From contig NW_024704752.1 in assembly GCF_018977255.1 (NCBI RefSeq), forward strand, positions 8,432,001-8,496,000: 64,000 nt of DNA. The letters are read 5' to 3'. How positions within the stretch are numbered: the stretch's first letter is position 1; the number at the start of each line of letters is the position of its first letter. Positions 13,601-26,406 of this stretch are shown here, piece by piece. The notes beneath the pieces are model-generated. The model was not told where the DNA came from. It searched no databases and worked only from the letters and a program-made list of their open reading frames with translations. This stretch comes from Callorhinchus milii. Taxonomy: Eukaryota. A program made the translations under genes and the position numbers.

Positions 13601-16072
13601 TTTCATCTCTGCATAGATGGTTCTCCAAAACCTGGAGCTGAGGAACAAGAAAGCACAAGTCACATCTCTGAAAGCATCAGTGCTTGTTACCACTACCATA
13701 CTGTCCTGAAGGCACTGACTCATGCTGTGGGCCAAACTGATTATGTGGATGTTGGACAATATCCATTATTTCAGCCAAGTGGCCATTCTTTATGTGTGAC
13801 CCAGATAGTGGCAGGGTTGGCAGGTGATCAGATCACTGGGGCAATTCACTGTCAAGACCCGATCCTGACCAAACTCAACTTCCAGCTACGTGCTTCACAA
13901 CAGCTGGAGCATTGATACTTTCTGCTGAAGCCCGAGTGATATAAACATCATTGCCTGAGTCCAATATATTTGTTCTTGTCTTTTGTCCAGGGAAAATGGT
14001 GAAATGGTGAAGTATGATGCACAGATGTTTAAGGAGTCGCAGAAAGAGCCAGCCAAACGGATCATTATACCCTGTAAGTGCATGAGAATGCAGATTCGGA
14101 ACAGCCACCCACCATCTTCATACATTTCAAATACAATTAAAGAAATTCACCTCAATGACATTAAATTTGTGGAGTCCTGTAGCTCAGTGGTTAGAGCACT
14201 CGCTTTGCAAGCGAGAGACCTGAGTTCAATTCCAGGCAGAGGGCGAAACCTTGGGCAAGTTTCCTTACTCCACACAGAGCCTAATAATAATCCCTCCAAA
14301 AACAAAAATAAATTGGTCATTTTCAATCCACGACTGTTTGTGGGACATTGCTGTGCGCAATTGGCTGCCGCGTTCGCCCACAAATATACAGTCAATTCAC
14401 TCTACAGTGTGTTCTGTGAAGCGCTTTGGGACGTCCTCCCGACGTGAAAAGCGCTCTATCAAATGCAAGGATTATTATTATTATTAAATCAAGGTTCCAT
14501 CTGCCTATTCAGGTAGATGTTAAAGATCCCATAGCACTCTGAAAAATATTTATTCTTGTGACCTGGCCAACAATCTTCTGGATAAAATTAGTCATTCATG
14601 TCATAGGTCTTTGTGGGACATTGCTGCCCGATTTACCTACAAAATACAATCCTTATACTTTACTGAAAATCCTGTAAAGCATTTTGAGTCAATTTGATGA
14701 TGTGATAAGGTACTATATCAAATGCATGCATTATTATTATATTCTTATCTTGGGAGAGAGTACAATCTTCCTCAGTCAACTTCAATTCAGAGTTTTTTTT
14801 AAAGGTGAAAATGGAGAGAATGAGTTGTAAAAGTTATCTATTTATATGTGATATCATTGCATTTTACTTTCTAAGTTTTGCCCACAAAATTACACATTCA
14901 ATTCATTTTTCAGTATATTTTGTGAAGGCTTTGAAATATCTCAATGACATGATAAAGCGCTATATTAAATGCAAGCATTATTATTATTATAAGTTTGTGG
15001 CTTAGGGTGTGTGAATGATGTAGGGAATTTATAATATGTAAAAAGTAGAATTTTTGGTAAATATTGTTTTCTTGTCATTTTTATTCAGACGATGATCATC
15101 TGTCACAGATTCCCTTTGGAGGTACTGTCCTGTATCATCTATCATTGACTGTATCAATATTTCTAATTCATTGTAATATTTATAAGTTTTCTTATTTCTT
15201 GGCAATTCCTTGTAAGTGAATACCAATGAAGCTAAAGCAACATAAGTTAAGACTCTCCACGAGTTCCCTTTTTAAAGAAGGCCTCTCACCATCAGCTCAC
15301 CAAACAGTAATAGTTTTAAAATGCAAAGGATTACTTTGTATGCCCACAAGAAAGTAGGGAACAACAAGGTCCATTTTGCCAATCAAACCCTATTGCCATT
15401 AGATATCTACCCTATTAGCAGTATTACCCTAGTAATGTTTCGCCCTCAAAATACACACGGAATCTACTTAACAATATATTCTGTGAAGCACTTTGAGATG
15501 TCTCAATGCCATGATAAAGGCGCTATATCAAATGCAAGGATTATTATTATTTTTACTACTGTCCCAAGCATTCCATTTCCTAGAATAATACCTGTGCACG
15601 GAATTCCACCTGAACCATAATGCCAGTTTGGTAAAAATGTTATTCTATTTAAACCTACCTTCCTTCACTCCACTAGAAACATTAAACTCTGTGCCATTAT
15701 CCGATATGAAGGGTGCTATATAAATGCAAGTTGTTGTTATTAACCTCCTCCCTCCCTCCCCCCACTTTATTGACTGCTTGGACAATGCTGGCTTCATACC
15801 AGTTTAGTGATAATGTGTTCTGTGCTGTTTTCTTAGGTATATCTGCTGCATTGAATTACTTTGTGCTATCCACTGACTATAGAAATTATTCCTTGGTGTA
15901 TTCCTGCCATGGGTTTCCAGGTAAATATTCTAACAAAAAGGCCTGGATTTTATCAAGAGAAAGGACGCTATCTGCAAATATCACTAGCCGACTGCGTAAC
16001 ATCTTGACTTCAAACAAAATTGATACTGAGCACATGATTGTAACTGATCAAAGCGATTGCCCTTCATTTTGA
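10645..16072 (+). CDS. APOD: Apolipoprotein D-like lipocalin, copy A; join(10645..10755,11619..11740,13991..14073,15837..16072), 183 aa
   Basis: Four exons with GT-AG ends and matching phases (0,2,1), total 552 nt. Signal peptide MQEMLLTLLVATLCF; C-x-x-P-x-VQKEFN; lipocalin motifs YVGTWYEIER, EPAK, VLSTDYRNYSLVYSC, AWILSRER; ApoD-type C-terminus NILTSNKIDTEHMIVTDQSDCP. AATAAA at 16303-16308. Confidence 0.92.
13297..13486. mobile_element. Degenerate non-autonomous Tc1/mariner (Tigger-type) element
   Basis: Imperfect terminal inverted repeats TAGTTAAACCTG ... CAGGTTCGACTG. Confidence 0.4.
14171..14486 (+). mobile_element. Full-length tRNA-Ala(TGC)-derived SINE with L2-type tail and (ATT)n end
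   Basis: Head GGAGTCCTGTAGCTCAGTGGTTAGAGC (A box), CTCGC-TTTGCAA-GCGAG stem-loop, GAGTTCAATTCC (B box); body near-identical to other copies in the window. Confidence 0.9.
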
Positions 16073-17374
16073 GTAGGAACTTATTTCAGGCTCCACAAAT
16101 CATGCCACCCTTTCAATTCATGATTTATATGGTTTGGTATTGGCATCATTCTGTAATATTTGTTTCCCAATTATTGCCCAAGATCAATTATTCTCTCTTT
16201 GCTTATTGGCTTCAATAGTGGAGTGTGCTGAACACTGTTTTGTTTTGTGTATTGCAGCGCTACTAGAAAATCTGTACCAATATCTGTTATTTTAAGCAAA
16301 ACAATAAAATTATACTGGTGTTTATCTTATAATATGCTGTACAGAGTCTGTTTAAATAGGTTTCCAATGCTCTGGTGATCCTTCCAGATATTGCACACAT
16401 AATTTCATCTTTATCCATACTTTTCTGCCTATAGTCAATTACCTACAAACTCGGGTATGATCCAAGCAATATGTTGCAATGGACCAAGCACCTACCTACT
16501 CATTCATTCTCATTATGTAGAATTCCAATAAACCAAATCCCTTCCCAAACACTCCCACTGTGTAGGTTTACAATGTTCCAAACCTTTTCCTGTTCTACAG
16601 AATCCAAGTGGATCAAATCGATCTCCATTCATTCCTGTTGAATAGAATCCGATTGGACATAGCTCCTTCTCATTCATTCCATTCTGTAGAATTGAAATGG
16701 ATCAATTGAATTTCAAATCACTCCAAACTGCCTAAGCTTCCAGTGAGCAAGCCATTTTCCAATTCTTATTAACAATTTCAACATTGGCTAATGGTCAGCT
16801 GGGTATCTGACAAATACCCAAACTAGACTAAAAGTTCACATATGTATGCTACCTAAGCATATAAATTTCCCTGTGTCTGGATTGGATTGCACACTCTCTC
16901 TCAGGAGGGGTAGGGTGGGAGCCAAGGTTATCGAGAACCCAGAGTATGCTGGAGTTTAATCAGCTAAAACTGCCTAGCCCTGGCTGGCAAGCTTCCTGCT
17001 GGCTTGCAGTGCTATCAGAAGCTCAGTGGGAAGAATCCCTGCCCCCAGTGTCTGGTCTGCCTCTGAAAGTCCTGACGACGAACCAGGCTTGCTAGTCAGA
17101 CATCAACAGTGCCTTGGAATACTGTGGACCTGCCTGCAGCAGTAACCAGCCTATTGAAACTACACATTATTAACTCAATTCTGATATTCCATTGCCAAGA
17201 ACATCACCTTGGTGTTAGCTGAGCTCCAAAGAGATCCTGCTTACCTCCAATGCCAAGAGGATAGTGACTACTGGTTGGTTATTTGAATCCCAGGTTTAAC
17301 AACAACATTGTTGTTTGAGCCTTCAGTAGGTGGATAAAAGGTACCAGGAACTCGCTGTTTAACATTCATTAGCA

Positions 17375-17449
17375 GTTCTGACGAAAGGTCAATGACCCCT
17401 CTCTCCATAGATGCTGCCTATGTGTTCCCAGCAGCTTCTGTTTTCATCC
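17375..17449 (+). mobile_element. Short Penelope-like fragment with 20-bp target-site duplication
   Basis: Shares TCTCCATAGATGCTGCCT with 36393-36410; flanked by CTGTTTAACATT(C/T)ATTAGCA at 17355-17374 and 17450-17469. Confidence 0.65.
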
Positions 17450-18780
17450 CTGTTTAACATTTATTAGCAAGATAATAATGTTTTCCTTTTCATCCAGAAG
17501 GCATGAACTAATGTTGGTGTATAGGTCCATGCATGTTGAATGCCCTCCACTGCTTCAACCAAGAACTATTATTCATGTGTATGTGAGTGTTGTTAGTTAG
17601 TGATAATGGGCATCATGGGCCAGCCCAATATTGCTCTCATCCAATAATCTTCCACACAGGGGTCACATAACGGCATTAAGAAGCAGAAACTACTGCTGTT
17701 TATTGCCCACCATGGGAACAGAGGCCGATTGTGATCCTTCTGCTACAACAAGGACAGAGATAAGAAAACACAGCATAATCTGGAACCTTCCCATTCTGCT
17801 CATTCACACGCAGCAGTGAACTTGAATCATTTGAGCTCCTGTTATGTTTCTTTCTAGTCTAGATTATATGATTCGAGGATATAGTAACTTGTTTTAGAAT
17901 TGGAATATCTTGTTCAGTCTGAGTAAAATTGGCTGAACATGAATTTATATAACAATACTTGCATTTGATATAGCATCTTATTACATCATCAAGATGTCTC
18001 AAAGTGCTTCACAGGATATACTGTTAAGTGTATTGACTGTGCATTTTGTGAGTGCAAAAAATGAATTTGTGCATGCAATAATTGTCAGGATCATCAGAAA
18101 CAAGTACAGCTTATCAGAACATAAATACCAGTTTAATTTTATATTTTGGTTGCTGAAAATAACAACATTGGTACAGATTTTCTAGCAGTGTGGTAATACA
18201 CAAAGCAAAATGACAGCTTGCAGCACGCCCCTTTACTGATGTAGATTCAAGCTACAGTACACTTGTGTTGAAGCAAATAGAGATGAGAGAATAATCAACT
18301 GTGGACAACACATCTCACAGAATGACATCAAAACGTCTGAACTGAGTCGAAAATGCTGAGATGATTTGTGGAGCCTGAAATCATTAGTTTCATGTATATC
18401 CTGAGTCAGTTATTCTATTTACACCATATTTTGATAGCGAGAGAAAGGAGCTGATCCAAATTAGTTATAACATGGGAAAAAAAGCCTCTTGCTTTGAATC
18501 ATGCTCTTTGAGGCATTGCTGCACCACCAGGGTTTCATGATATGCTGGTTTGCGTGCAGTGGCCAATGTGGTTAATCGGCAGCTGTGTTTTGCAGGTGTT
18601 CAGTTTGGGACTATTGGTTAAAACAAAAATCTCACTGGATTCATATTTTAGCATCTCCAAATATGCGATATAATCCCATTTCTACTAATTCAGTTGCAAA
18701 GTACAACAAAATAAACTAGAAATCAGCTGAATTCAATACAGGTTTAAACTGCTGATTTTGCTGAAAAATGTCACCCCCTC

Positions 18781-21700
18781 CTAGATAAAAGATGAGCAAT
18801 CCTCGTGATCGACTGTAGCTATATTCTTGGTGGCAATGTTATATGAAGCCAGGATTTCATGCAGTTGATTAGTGGTATTTTCAGGAAGATGCATTTGTCT
18901 TGAGAAAATCCAGTAATGATCTGATTGTGTGCTAAAAATTCCGAGGTTCACAAAGCAGGAATACACCAAAGAATAGTTCTTATAGTCGGTGGATAATACC
19001 CAATACGGAAAATCTTGATCAGGAAAAATAATAAAATACAGACATCAAATGTGGAACAAAACACTGTCCATTAACTAAACAGTCAACAAAGTTAATTTAA
19101 TCTATCTAGATATTTTTATTTCAGCCTCATTATTAAGACTGTAGGAAAACAGTAGGTGGTGATTTTATTGCGGAAACCACAACTTTTAACACATACCACA
19201 ACATTTTATAGTTACCGCAAAAGTTTAACGATTATATTGAGTAATCATTGAAAGTTGGTAGAATGGTCCATGTTCTTTAAGAGAACAACAACTTGCATTT
19301 ATATAGCACCTTTCATGTCAGGAGAACCTGCTCCATCTTTGGAGTGCGCATTGAGTGATTCTGCTAATTGATTTTCATTTAGTAATTCATACCAGTCGCC
19401 AAATGAAAGGACTTACTAAGAAATAAGACATATTATGCATATTACAGTGAATTGTAAAAACCTCTTACATTTTATAAGAAGTTTTAACAAGCTCATTGGT
19501 ATATTAAGCAATTTATTATTTATACATGGATAATTCTAATACATACCTTCAAAGGATGGTTTGAAAGGTGATGCTGTATGTGGATTAAAAATAAAAGAAA
19601 ACGTTATTTGCCAACAATTTAATTTGTTATATAGCAATAGTTCCATTTCAAACATGGAATATTACTCTAGTTTTCAAACATACTCTCTCTCCATTGCAAA
19701 CATTCTGGTCTTTCTTAGTAATTTTTCCAGTTATGGTCATAATTCCTTTGAACGTTTCTATCTAGGTTCTCCAATCCTCTAACAACAACATGATTCCGTT
19801 TATAGAATGCCTTTCACGTCGGGAGGACGTCCCAAGGCACTGAACAGTCGGGTTGGGACCCGAGCAGGGGGGAAATGGTCAGGGTGAGGGAAGGGAGGGA
19901 GCGAGGAGGGGGTAGAGTGTCGAGAGGGGAGCTGAAGGCACGGTTGAAGAGAAAGATCTTGAGACCGGCCTTGAAGGAGGAAAGGGAGGAAGCAAGGCAA
20001 AGGCACTGGGGGATGGAGTTCCAGAGCCTAGGGGCTGAGAGGCTGAAAGCCCGGCCACCGATGGTAGGGCAGGGGATATGGAGCATACCGGAGCCAGAGG
20101 AACATGTATGAAATATACTTTCTTATATGTTTTACCCCACTCCTTGCATCCTCACTGTTTTTAAATCAAGGTGCATTTGTTCCCAAAACCTCAGCAGTAT
20201 AAAACTTCTGATCTACCTCAGTCTTCCCTTTCTGGGCTGGTAGCTCGAAAATAGAGAGATGAGTTATCAGGAATGATTAAATTAGATAGATTATTTTGCC
20301 TTGAAAAGAATTGTCTCTGAGAGGACCTTGTAGATGTATATAATATGCTTAACAGGTTACAGAAAGTAAACCCAAATTAATATTCTGATATATCAAGATA
20401 GCAAGACCAAAGGATACAGGTATAGGAGAAGGGCAATTTCAAGACACCAAGAACTGTTTCATTACACAGAGTAGAATCAAAAGCTAGACAAAATTACCAG
20501 GAAGATAATGATAGTAATCCTTGCATTTGTTATAGTGCCTTATCATAATAATAATAATAATTCTTGCATTTGATATAGCGCTTTTCACATCGGGAGGACG
20601 TCCCAAAGCGCTTCACAGAACACACTGTAAAGTGAATTGACTGTATATTTGTGGACCAACGCGGCAGCCTATTGAGCACAGCAATGTCCTACAAACAGTC
20701 GTAGATTGAAAATGACCAATTTTATTATTACTTTTGGTTTTGGAGGGATTATTATTAGGCGTGTGGAGTAAGGAAACTTGCCCAAGGTTTCGCCCTGCCT
20801 GGAATTGAACTCAGGTCTCTCACTTGCAAAGCGAGTGCTCTAACCACTGAGCTACAGGACTCCCGCTGAGATATCTAAAAGCTCTTCACAGAATATACTA
20901 TAGATAATAATAACAATCCTTGCATTAGATATTGCGCTTTTCATGTCTTCTAGACGTCTCAAAGCACTTCAAACTGTGTATTTTGTGGGCGAAATGCAGT
21001 AGCCAATTGCGCATAGCGTCCCTCAAACAGTCGTGGATTGAATGACCAAATTATTTATTTATATATTTTGAAGGGATTATCACCCCCTTCATAATAATAA
21101 GGTGAGTGCAGTAATGAGTAATGAGACTACTGCGCTCACTCTTTTTACTTGAAATTGATAATGACCAAAAATCTCAAACTCACTGACAAAATATTTATCT
21201 AGTTCTATAGCAGCAGGAGTAACAAGAATTCTTATGTGCCACGCCAATTCTTCATGTACGTACTAGAACTGTAGAAAAGTTTAGCTGGCTCCTTTGTAGA
21301 GGTCGGATATAGCTCTGCGTCGTGTGACTTCACCTTTTTATCTCTGGATAAAAGACAAGAAAACAGGAGTAAAATTCTGGTACTGTTTCTTTCACATTTT
21401 CTAGTCTCAGACAGGTGCTGCTGCCTAACAAGAAGCCATCAGATACATATTCCAAGGTGGGGTAGCAGTGTCGGTGTGTAGAACATGACTGGACTTGGGA
21501 ACTAATGGGATCATTCAGGCCTTCATCCCCTCAAGGTTGATAAAATGAATACTATATCTAGAAATATCTTCAAATCTCCTCCTCAGAGAGGAGGAAATAA
21601 GTGGAATTTCCCTGGGACTAACCTGACTCTGGGGAGACACTTGGTCAACAAAGTCACACTGATCACTTGGGAATTTTCTGAAATTCCCTGCAATAATAAA

Positions 21701-24700
21701 TTTGAAAACAAAGGTTTTAAGACTAGAACCAAAAGATTTTGGGACCTCAGTTCTCTAAAATTTTATGATAGGAAATCCCAGTGTAAAGTTATAGCAAATT
21801 AACTGATATTTTGAAAAATCGGTGAGTCAATACTGAGTGAATGATGCATGTTAAACTTTAGATGCACTAGGAATGTAACTGGTTGGCAGAATATTGACCT
21901 TCTAAAGGGTGCTCTGAAAGTTACCAAAAATCCACTGGATTGAATACGAATTGAAAAGCTTGAACTGTAGAACTGAGAATTTTTTCTTGTATAGGTTATT
22001 TGTAACATGGTGACTGCTTTAAGCGCTCTGAGATGCCGTATATAAATCCAAGTTGTTGTTGTTTAGCATTTTTCGGTTTACGCAGAGCAAGGAACACATG
22101 TTGTCTGTCCATTTGGTTTGTGCACACTCATTGAGGAGCTGAATTGTTCAGAGAGCTCACCCGCTTTTATGATCACGCTAAGTTATTCCCATGTGCAGCA
22201 GTTCTATTTCGATCTTTATCTTTCAGGAAAAATGGTACCTTCTTGCATGGTTCAATTACTACTTGTGTATTCCCTAAAGATTTGATTCTTCAGGCAAACA
22301 ACCATGACCTTGAAACAAATCCCTGGACCAAATGAACATCTGAAGCTTCTCACTTTTCCTCTAAGGCAGGCTTTTCAAGACTACCTAAGGGCAATACTAG
22401 CTTCAACAACTACATTCCTACCATAGCAAACATAACAGTGTTCCCTAAAAACATTCTCTATGTGCCTGCATTTTGCATTTCATGATCATTTTTTCACTTG
22501 CACATGACTGGTAGGTCATAGTTTCATATAATTTTTTGTTTAATTAAGAAGTCTCTGGCTCGCATAGTCCTTATATCCTATAAAGTTAATACCAGGGATC
22601 AGAAATTCTGCTGGTCAGTAAAGTTACCAACTTACAATTATAATGGAGAAATCCCAAGTGCATGTCTCCAAGGTCAGTAACTTTACAAACCAGTGGAATT
22701 TCACATTTACTCAATAAAGGTTCAGGTGCCTTCAACCGTTCTATTTTATGTTACAATTCTGCAATTCGAGTTCTGGTATCACTTCTTACACAATGTACTT
22801 TTTTTGTGTGTAAAGAATTACAGAATGCAATAGGATGTGTTGTGGTGTCTCATTAATGCGAGTCTATCTCTTTCTACCACAAGTAACTCAGAACTGTGGG
22901 CATATTCTCCTCTGGTCAGTAAGTTTACCAAACTTGCCATGTTTTCCTATTATAAACTTTTTACACTTCCAACGCCTGTGAATATATAGATTGACAGAGA
23001 AGAAAAGAAATAACATGTATTTTTATAATGGTTCATCATATTAAAAAGTGCTTCTCCATAATTACTGTCAATTATAGTGAATGTTTTTATAGGCAAATGT
23101 GACAGCTATTTTTCCACAGCAGGGTCCCACTAACATAAATGATCAAATCATCAAGAGGATTGTTGGCCAGGATTTCCAGAAAAACTTTCTCCTCTTTTCT
23201 AACAATGTTATGGGATGCTTAATATCTACCCTGAACAGACAGATGGGACCTTGGTTTAACAAAAACAACAAATTCCTTTTTATAGTGGCTTTCACTTCAG
23301 AAGGATGTCCCAAAGTGCTTTGATTTAACATGTTCTCTTTCAATAAGGTCTATAGATTTTCAAAGTAACACAGAACTTATATTGGACAGTAATATTCTCT
23401 TTTACATTTGATCCCTATGGACAAACAATTCTTTCTCATTGCCATTTATCAAATACTTACACAAGCTCCTGCCAGCGAACTCCTAAAGCCACAGGTGATT
23501 TCCTGCTATAAGTTGTAGCAATACATTTGCCATTCTCAAAGTCCACATTTGATGATCGTTGAATTTCAAACCATGTTCCCAAGTACTGTGGCATAAAATA
23601 ACACATATAATTAACCGCGTGTCAGTGCATGGGTCATTCAAAATCAAACACCTATTTAGAAGCTTTTAGTGAAGCCCCATTTCAGAATAAAGCCCAGAGG
23701 AGAAGAATAGTGAAATAATAATAATAATCCTTGCATTTGATTTAGGGCTTTTCACATCTTCTAGATATCTCAAAGCGCTTCAGTGAATATGCTGTAAAGC
23801 AAATTGACTGTAATTTGTGGGTGAAACGCGGTAGCCAATTGCGCACAGCAATGTCCCACAAACAGTCGTGGATTGAAAATGACCAATTTATTATTGTTTT
23901 GTTTTTTGGAGGGATTATTATTAGGCGTGTGGAGTAAAGAAACTTGCCCAAGGTTTCGCCCGGCCTGGAATTGAACCCAGGTGTCTCGCTTGCAAGGCAA
24001 GCGCTCTAACCACTGAGCTACAGGACTCCACAAATAAACTAAGCAAGAGCAGTTTGGTAGCAAGAGTGTTATCATGTGAGCCAGGGTAATACCCTATCCA
24101 CTTCCCGTAAAATAGCTGCTGAGTCTCGTGCTACCATTTAGAACGAAGACACTGTAAGGCTCTAGAATTCAAGTGAGTCGAAGTAAATAGACTCATTCTC
24201 ATTCTGGCAGGTGCTGTTCATTCCAGCTCACCAGGGCTAAGGTCACCCTGAATAAGTTGATTAACTTAGCTCTGAACTGTGAGATGATTCAGGGCATCAT
24301 AATTCATTTCAAACAGGCTCCTTAAGCTCCTCTGAGCAATTTTTTTAACTTAAACTCTAAATATATTGCCCTACACACTCATCCTCCTCTCTGCGTTTTT
24401 GCAGCTCCAATGAATTCTTCCACAGCATGATTGTTGTGTTTTAGATTCTAAAGGAGCTAAATAATATAGATCATGACATGCTGTTTTGACTTGTCCAGAG
24501 TAGTAAAACCAGAGGACACGGCCTGTGATTGAAGGGATGGAAATTCAGAACAAATCTACACAAACGCTATTTCAGTGAGCGAATAGTGAACCCGTGGAAC
24601 AGATTCCCTAGGGAGAAGGCTGAAGCAGGAAGTGTTGATTCTTTCAAACACAGATTAGACATTTTTCTTTTAGGAAATAACATTATGGGATATGGTCCAT

Positions 24701-25287
24701 AAGTAGTTTGGGACATATGTGAGTGCGACGGCCTGGAAGGTGGAAAGCAAACTGGATTGGCCTTGGTCTTTTTTTGTCTGGCATTTCTTATGTTCTTAAC
24801 TTCAGGACTGTGGAAGCTCATTAATTTCCACCTACACCCAAGTTTTAATACTTAGCATCAACTAACTTAATTTACCTAACCTCTTCTCCTCACCTGATGG
24901 TGTCCCACACTGTGGTCCTTGTCTCTTCATCTAGACGTGTCAATATTAAAACAAACCTAGAGACCATCCGAGAAAACAGGGTGGCCTGATAACTCTTTGT
25001 ACTATTCAGTGACTGTGGAATGGGCCTTTCAGAAGGGAAATTGGTGAAGTCAAGTAATTATACATAATAATAATCTTTGCATTTGATATAGCGTCTTATC
25101 ACGTCGTTGAGACATCTCAAAACGCTTTGCAGAATATATTTGTGAAATATATACTTAATTCATCAATCTCACCAACCTCAAGAAAGTTGAAATCCTTTTG
25201 CACCTCTGGTTTAGCACAAGCGGCTTGCACTCTTGTAGTGGTGAAACAAAGGGATGTGACCAACAAGGTCCACAGCATCTCCTGCAT
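18781..25287 (-). CDS. APOD: Apolipoprotein D-like lipocalin, copy B; complement(join(18781..19013,21264..21343,23461..23585,25177..25287)), 182 aa
   Basis: Same exon phases as copy A, total 549 nt. MQEMLWTLLVTSLCF..CAKPEVQKDFNFLE / YLGTWFEIQRSSNVDFENGKCIATTY / DKKVKSHDAELYPTSTKEPAKL / FPYWVLSTDYKNYSLVYSC..WIFSRQMHLPENTTNQLHEILASYNIATKNIATVDHEDCSSFI*. Exons 3 and 4 were translated by hand (absent from the ORF track). Confidence 0.92.
19783..20100 (-). mobile_element. L2 LINE 3' end
   Basis: IGGRAFSLSAPRLWNSIP..LSSFKAGLK..LF. Other copies at about 11045-11310, 29870-30370, 33290-33550, 40705-40960 and 53360-53650. Confidence 0.85.
20549..20863 (-). mobile_element. Full-length tRNA-Ala-derived SINE
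   Basis: Reverse complement of the 14171-14486 family; flanked by extra truncated tails. Confidence 0.9.
23717..24029 (-). mobile_element. Full-length tRNA-Ala-derived SINE
   Basis: Same family, reverse orientation. Confidence 0.9.
24470..24797 (+). mobile_element. CR1 LINE 3' end
   Basis: KTRGH..L..FRTN....YFSERIVNPWN-type sequence and CTTATGTTCTTA tail. Similar fragments at about 20270-20510, 32612-32850 and 2900-3150 (-). Confidence 0.8.
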
Positions 25288-26330
25288 GTTAGTGTCCGGA
25301 GAGCGCCTGAAACACAAAGTAATCACAGGACTCCTTTACCACATGGCTCTGACAAAGACTGAATGGGAAACAGGAGGAGAGACTGACTGGGACAAACAGG
25401 ATCTCAAGGGAAAACTGAGGCAACTGTGTCTAACAAAGCATGAAACAAGGGCAGCAACTGGAAAAAATAAGCGCTGGAAATTCACAGCAAGTTGTTCAGC
25501 ATGTGAGTGAGGAAGGCAAGTTAATGCAGCTTTTCAACCATCCAGATACAGTATTGTTTTCAAATGCTCTAAACGGATGCAATGCAGACTGCTGCAACCA
25601 GCAGGTCAGTTGCCAAGTCAGGCATTTCACCCATTGATATAAAAACTGAATGGCCAATATCACTATTCAGTTATTATTTTTCACTTGCTTTCTAGATACA
25701 CAGATAAGATGTTCTGTTTATAACAATCCCACACATTTTCTCGCTGGACAGGCCAAGGGGAGGGAACAGTGCGGATTCCTAGCTCCGAAGGCCATGAATG
25801 GGAAGCCCAGAGACATGGAGAACTGGAGTCTCCCAAAAGTGACTGTTGAAGAAGAGGTGAGACACAAGTGATTTCAGGCTACATTGCCTGCATGACTGGA
25901 TTAATACTTTGGATGTTTCAGAACTCCACAAAACCTCACAAAAATGATGAAAAGTTACTGAACAAAAATTATAAAAACGCTAAAGTTGAAAACTTTGTGA
26001 ACTTTGAAAGAATGTTGTTAAATATCTATTTTCTATTCCTGGCAGAATTAACTTCCAGCTTCCATTTTGCTCCCTGAAACTGGGACAAAGCCAAATGTGA
26101 GATTCCTTCTCTTGCCTATAATTTCTTCCACTTTTCTTTTCTCCTAGGTTTCAAGCATAAGATATTTCTCGCTCTGGTTCTCTTTTCTCCCTGACTTGAA
26201 TGCCATTCCATCACCTGACCTCTACCTAGCCCTCTGCCCAGATCACTTTATGAATAAAGTCCCATTCTGCTTGATACCCTTCTTGTTCTTTCTGGGGCTG
26301 CTTAACTGTAGCTGCAAAATCTCCCCAAAT

Positions 26331-26406
26331 CAGGACCCTTTCAGGACCCTTTCCCAAAAGGATAAGTTCCCACAGGACCCTTTCCCAAAAGGATAGTTCC
26401 CACAGG
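26331..26406 (+). repeat. Short tandem duplication (~31 bp x2 plus partial)
   Basis: CAGGACCCTTTCCCAAAAGGATA(A)GTTCCCA repeated. A separate GGAACTCTCTAA x3 lies at about 26917-26950. Confidence 0.8.

Noticed and set aside
14171-14242. tRNA-Ala(TGC)-like sequence (also near 20795-20863, 23960-24029, 53186-53257)
   Set aside because: No proper acceptor stem; each runs straight into a shared SINE body and (ATT)n tail, so these are SINE heads, not tRNA genes.
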